Of a stretch of DNA of 64,000 nt, positions 61,042 to 64,000 are shown piece after piece (the first letter of the stretch is position 1; each line of letters begins with the position of its first letter). The translations under genes and the position numbers were made by a program. This stretch comes from Marsupella aquatica (Eukaryota > Plantae > Marchantiophyta). The notes under the pieces are model-generated. The model was not told the origin of the DNA, searched no databases, and worked only from the letters and a program-made list of their open reading frames with translations. The stretch lies in contig OZ316893.1 in assembly GCA_973895155.1 (NCBI GenBank), positions 21,870,955 through 21,934,954 of the forward strand, given 5' to 3'.

Positions 61042-62318
61042 TTGCCACCGGGAGATATATGGGCTGTGCTCAAAGTCGGAGATTTGACAGTTGAGTTAAA
61101 ACATAGGGTTTATACGTGAGGGTTTTGCAAGACATTTCAATAAAATGCTCGCAATTCTTTGTCCCTCTGTCCTCCTGGGTGACTGGAAACCCAGGCTTGT
61201 CTCAAAGATGACTCTGTCGATGTGTTCGTTTGTTTATCATGCTTAATTGATATTCTTTCGCAGAAGTTTTTGCCTAGTCTTCCAAAACTTTCATTCTTCC
61301 CCAGATCTTATTGGCTATCCATACGTACATTCCAAATCCAGGATTTTGACCCGGGGACACTTCGTTCTAATCCATACGACTGCCAAAGTAAAGAATCCAG
61401 TCACTGACGTCGTGAACAGCTCTTGTTGAAAGAAGACAGCGAACATCCTTCTCTTCAGGTGTTGAAGTTCCTCATTTCAAGACACTTCAGAATTTCTTGC
61501 ACCCAGTAGTCCACAGTCTACCTGCCTAAGCTTAGCTGGTGGCAAGTACTCCGAGAGTTTGCCAGTACTCTACGAAACCCAGACAATTTAGAAAAAGATG
61601 TCACCTTCATGCCAAAATCTGTCTCTGTACAATGAATCTGCGCCCAAGGTTCCAATTCTCTTGCAGACACGCAAGCCCACAATGGTATTCTAAATTTCTA
61701 ATGGACAACACTCATCTAGTGCAAGAGGAGAATGGAGTATGCAGTGGACGAGGAAGACCAGGGAAACAGTGGGGACAAGAATCGACCAACCACTTGGTCG
61801 AGGCTTAACGGACAAAAATGATGAAAAATTGCTTTACTAGACATTTTGAGAGTCGATCTACAGACACAGGGTACACGTCCACCTTTGTAAGAACCTTCCC
61901 CCAGTGAGCTTCCTCACACGAAATTGACGATTCCATGGGCAATAAAATTCCATGGTAACCACAGAGAAGAACGTCTAGACGATGCACCACCTAGACAAGG
62001 TCCAAGGTTATCAAGATATTTCGAGATCAGGAAGTTTGGGTCTAATCGTCGGCTGTCTGCATGAGTGCGCTGGTCACATCCTGAAAATGCATTCCTTATA
62101 TCCATGGGATGGTGACAGTGCAGAACAGCTGAAATGATGAAGAGTAGCTTTAAAGTCCTAAGCGGTTGGCTACCAATGAAAGCTTCACAGGGCATACCAT
62201 CAGGTGATAATCATGTGACCTGGTTGTAAATGTAAACCAACCGGCTCATTTATCTTCACAAGTCTTCGTTCTGTTTGGTCAGTCGTGCTGGAATCCTTCT
62301 TGTAAGACTCCATTCCTG

Positions 62319-64000
62319 TTACATGTCCTTACTTAACCCTTTCACAACGTCAAAAGTCTCCTGATCGATTGGAACATTTGAACGAAGCTGTGCACCTTCT
62401 GCCGGCATTTGCTCTGCAGGTAATATGTACTCATTTGTGGGTGCAATGTGACACTTCTTCCTGTGGCTGGAAAGGCTGCTTTCACCTTCAGGTTGTCCGT
62501 TCCCGTTCTCCACACAATCCCGACTTCTTTTTGTAGAAACGTCGCAGGGTTCCTTACCGTAACTGGAGAGTGGGCGTTGCAGGTCTCTCTTTGTCAGCAT
62601 TTCCCCTGTGTGAGAGTCGGCTCTGACTTGAGCATCACCAGGAAAGTTCTTTACCCTCATACGGTTAAGGAGGTGTTTGTAACTATCTGCCATGCCCTGC
62701 TCATGTTTGGCATCCATATAGCAGCCCCGTCTGCGTGCATCTCTAATAAGGACACTCCAGGTTCCCTCTCTTGCTGCAAGGGTGTCTGCGTGGCCAACAA
62801 TCCATACACAGTACCTGTTCCAACCGTCCCCATATGCAGAAAGATCAAAAGATATTAGTTTCGCCATCAACAGAAAACGCTGTGTTTTTCTCTTGTGTAT
62901 TGATGCAAAATATTGCATACCGAAGATGTTTTACATGCTTACAAGGTTTTACATAGTCTTACATATTATGCACATATCTTACATTCAACTGACATGGGTT
63001 ACAGGTTATCAAATGTTTATCATGTTATAGAGCTTTCAATTGGGTTGAACCATGTATGCATTCAAAACGTGGATTATGAGCAAGCTTCGACTTTCGGAGT
63101 GGGGACTTAAAACGGGGGACTCCTGTTCTCCCATTGTGTATGAACCTGGCGCAAACTCCTGTAAAAGTCCTCTGGCAGCCAAAAGCTCCCGAAATACTAA
63201 AGGAGATGAGATCTTGCCTTCCTCGAGTAAGCGCAACATTGAGCCTCCGAGTGTCTGTCAGGAAACCGATTCGCCCAGAAGAGTTGGCACAAACAGTTGA
63301 GAACAAAATAACATCCCGTTCTCCACCCTGAAACCCATCAACAGTCTTGATCTCAACTCGCAAGTTTGGAAACAGCTTTGTCTGATCATCTAGCCGCTTG
63401 TTCAGAGCATCAACCTGAGCAGTATATGGTGTTATAATGCCAACACTGACGTTCTGGAAACTGTGCTCTCCACATGCTGCCATCCATCCGACAAAACCTT
63501 ACAAAGCTGAATCGAAATCGAAGGACAGTATCAATACAAAAGACACTACAAGCATGGTGCCATAACCCTCTACACAAGAAGTGATCAAAATCATCTAAAA
63601 TATCTTCAATACAAGTCTATAATTTGAAGCTCAAAACAATAACAGCTGCTGTTTCTGAAACTCAACAACGTAATTAAAGTGTAGTTTGAACAGATTGGAA
63701 GCTGTACATTGAAACAGAGACTATGAGGAGTCTCTCATTGTCTCATTGCATGAACTGGGACCATATGACAAAGGTTAGAAGGAGATAAGTTGGGAACTCA
63801 TCACTAGAACTAGGAAAACTTATAGATTCCATTGATGGTGAAACGAGAGACAAGAGCACGTGACAAGCAAGTTACCAGCTTGAAGCCTTGCCAGTAAGTA
63901 CCAAAGGATCTGAACTTCGACAAAGTTTCTCTTACTTCTCCCAAACTTTCCTGTGTCTTCCATGCCTTCGCTGGCATCTATGAACTTGTACGGCCCAAAC
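62319..64000 (-). CDS. SEN1/UPF1-like superfamily 1 helicase (AAA_12 domain), 3' exons: >64000..63876, 63476..63218, 62814..62319
   Basis: [14 protein letters not shown]...[59 protein letters not shown]|[12 protein letters not shown]...[12 protein letters not shown]. Splice phases are consistent (1 and 2). Confidence 0.9.

Overview
Eukaryotic nuclear DNA from a non-vascular land plant, most likely a moss. This is inferred from spliceosomal introns, plant-specific gene families and a moss-type PLS-class PPR remnant. Intact or probably intact genes: an At5g41620/BLT-family coiled-coil protein (-, runs off the left edge), an ankyrin-repeat + PGG transmembrane protein (+), a two-exon alpha/beta hydrolase that reads like an ascomycete protein (-; best horizontal-transfer candidate), tRNA-Asn(GTT), a 610-aa intronless orphan, an RHY1A-like RING-H2 E3 ligase preceded by an unexplained 228-aa ORF, an intronless eIF2B-delta, and the 3' part of a SEN1/UPF1-like helicase with a GC-AG intron. 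Between these lie a PPR pseudogene, a decayed DEAD-box-like gene, LINE remnants, foldback MITEs, elements with shared ends but different interiors, many tandem repeats, and a ~5 kb decayed coding-like island (24.7-29.7 kb) of unknown origin. All family assignments are by eye from motifs; no searches were run.
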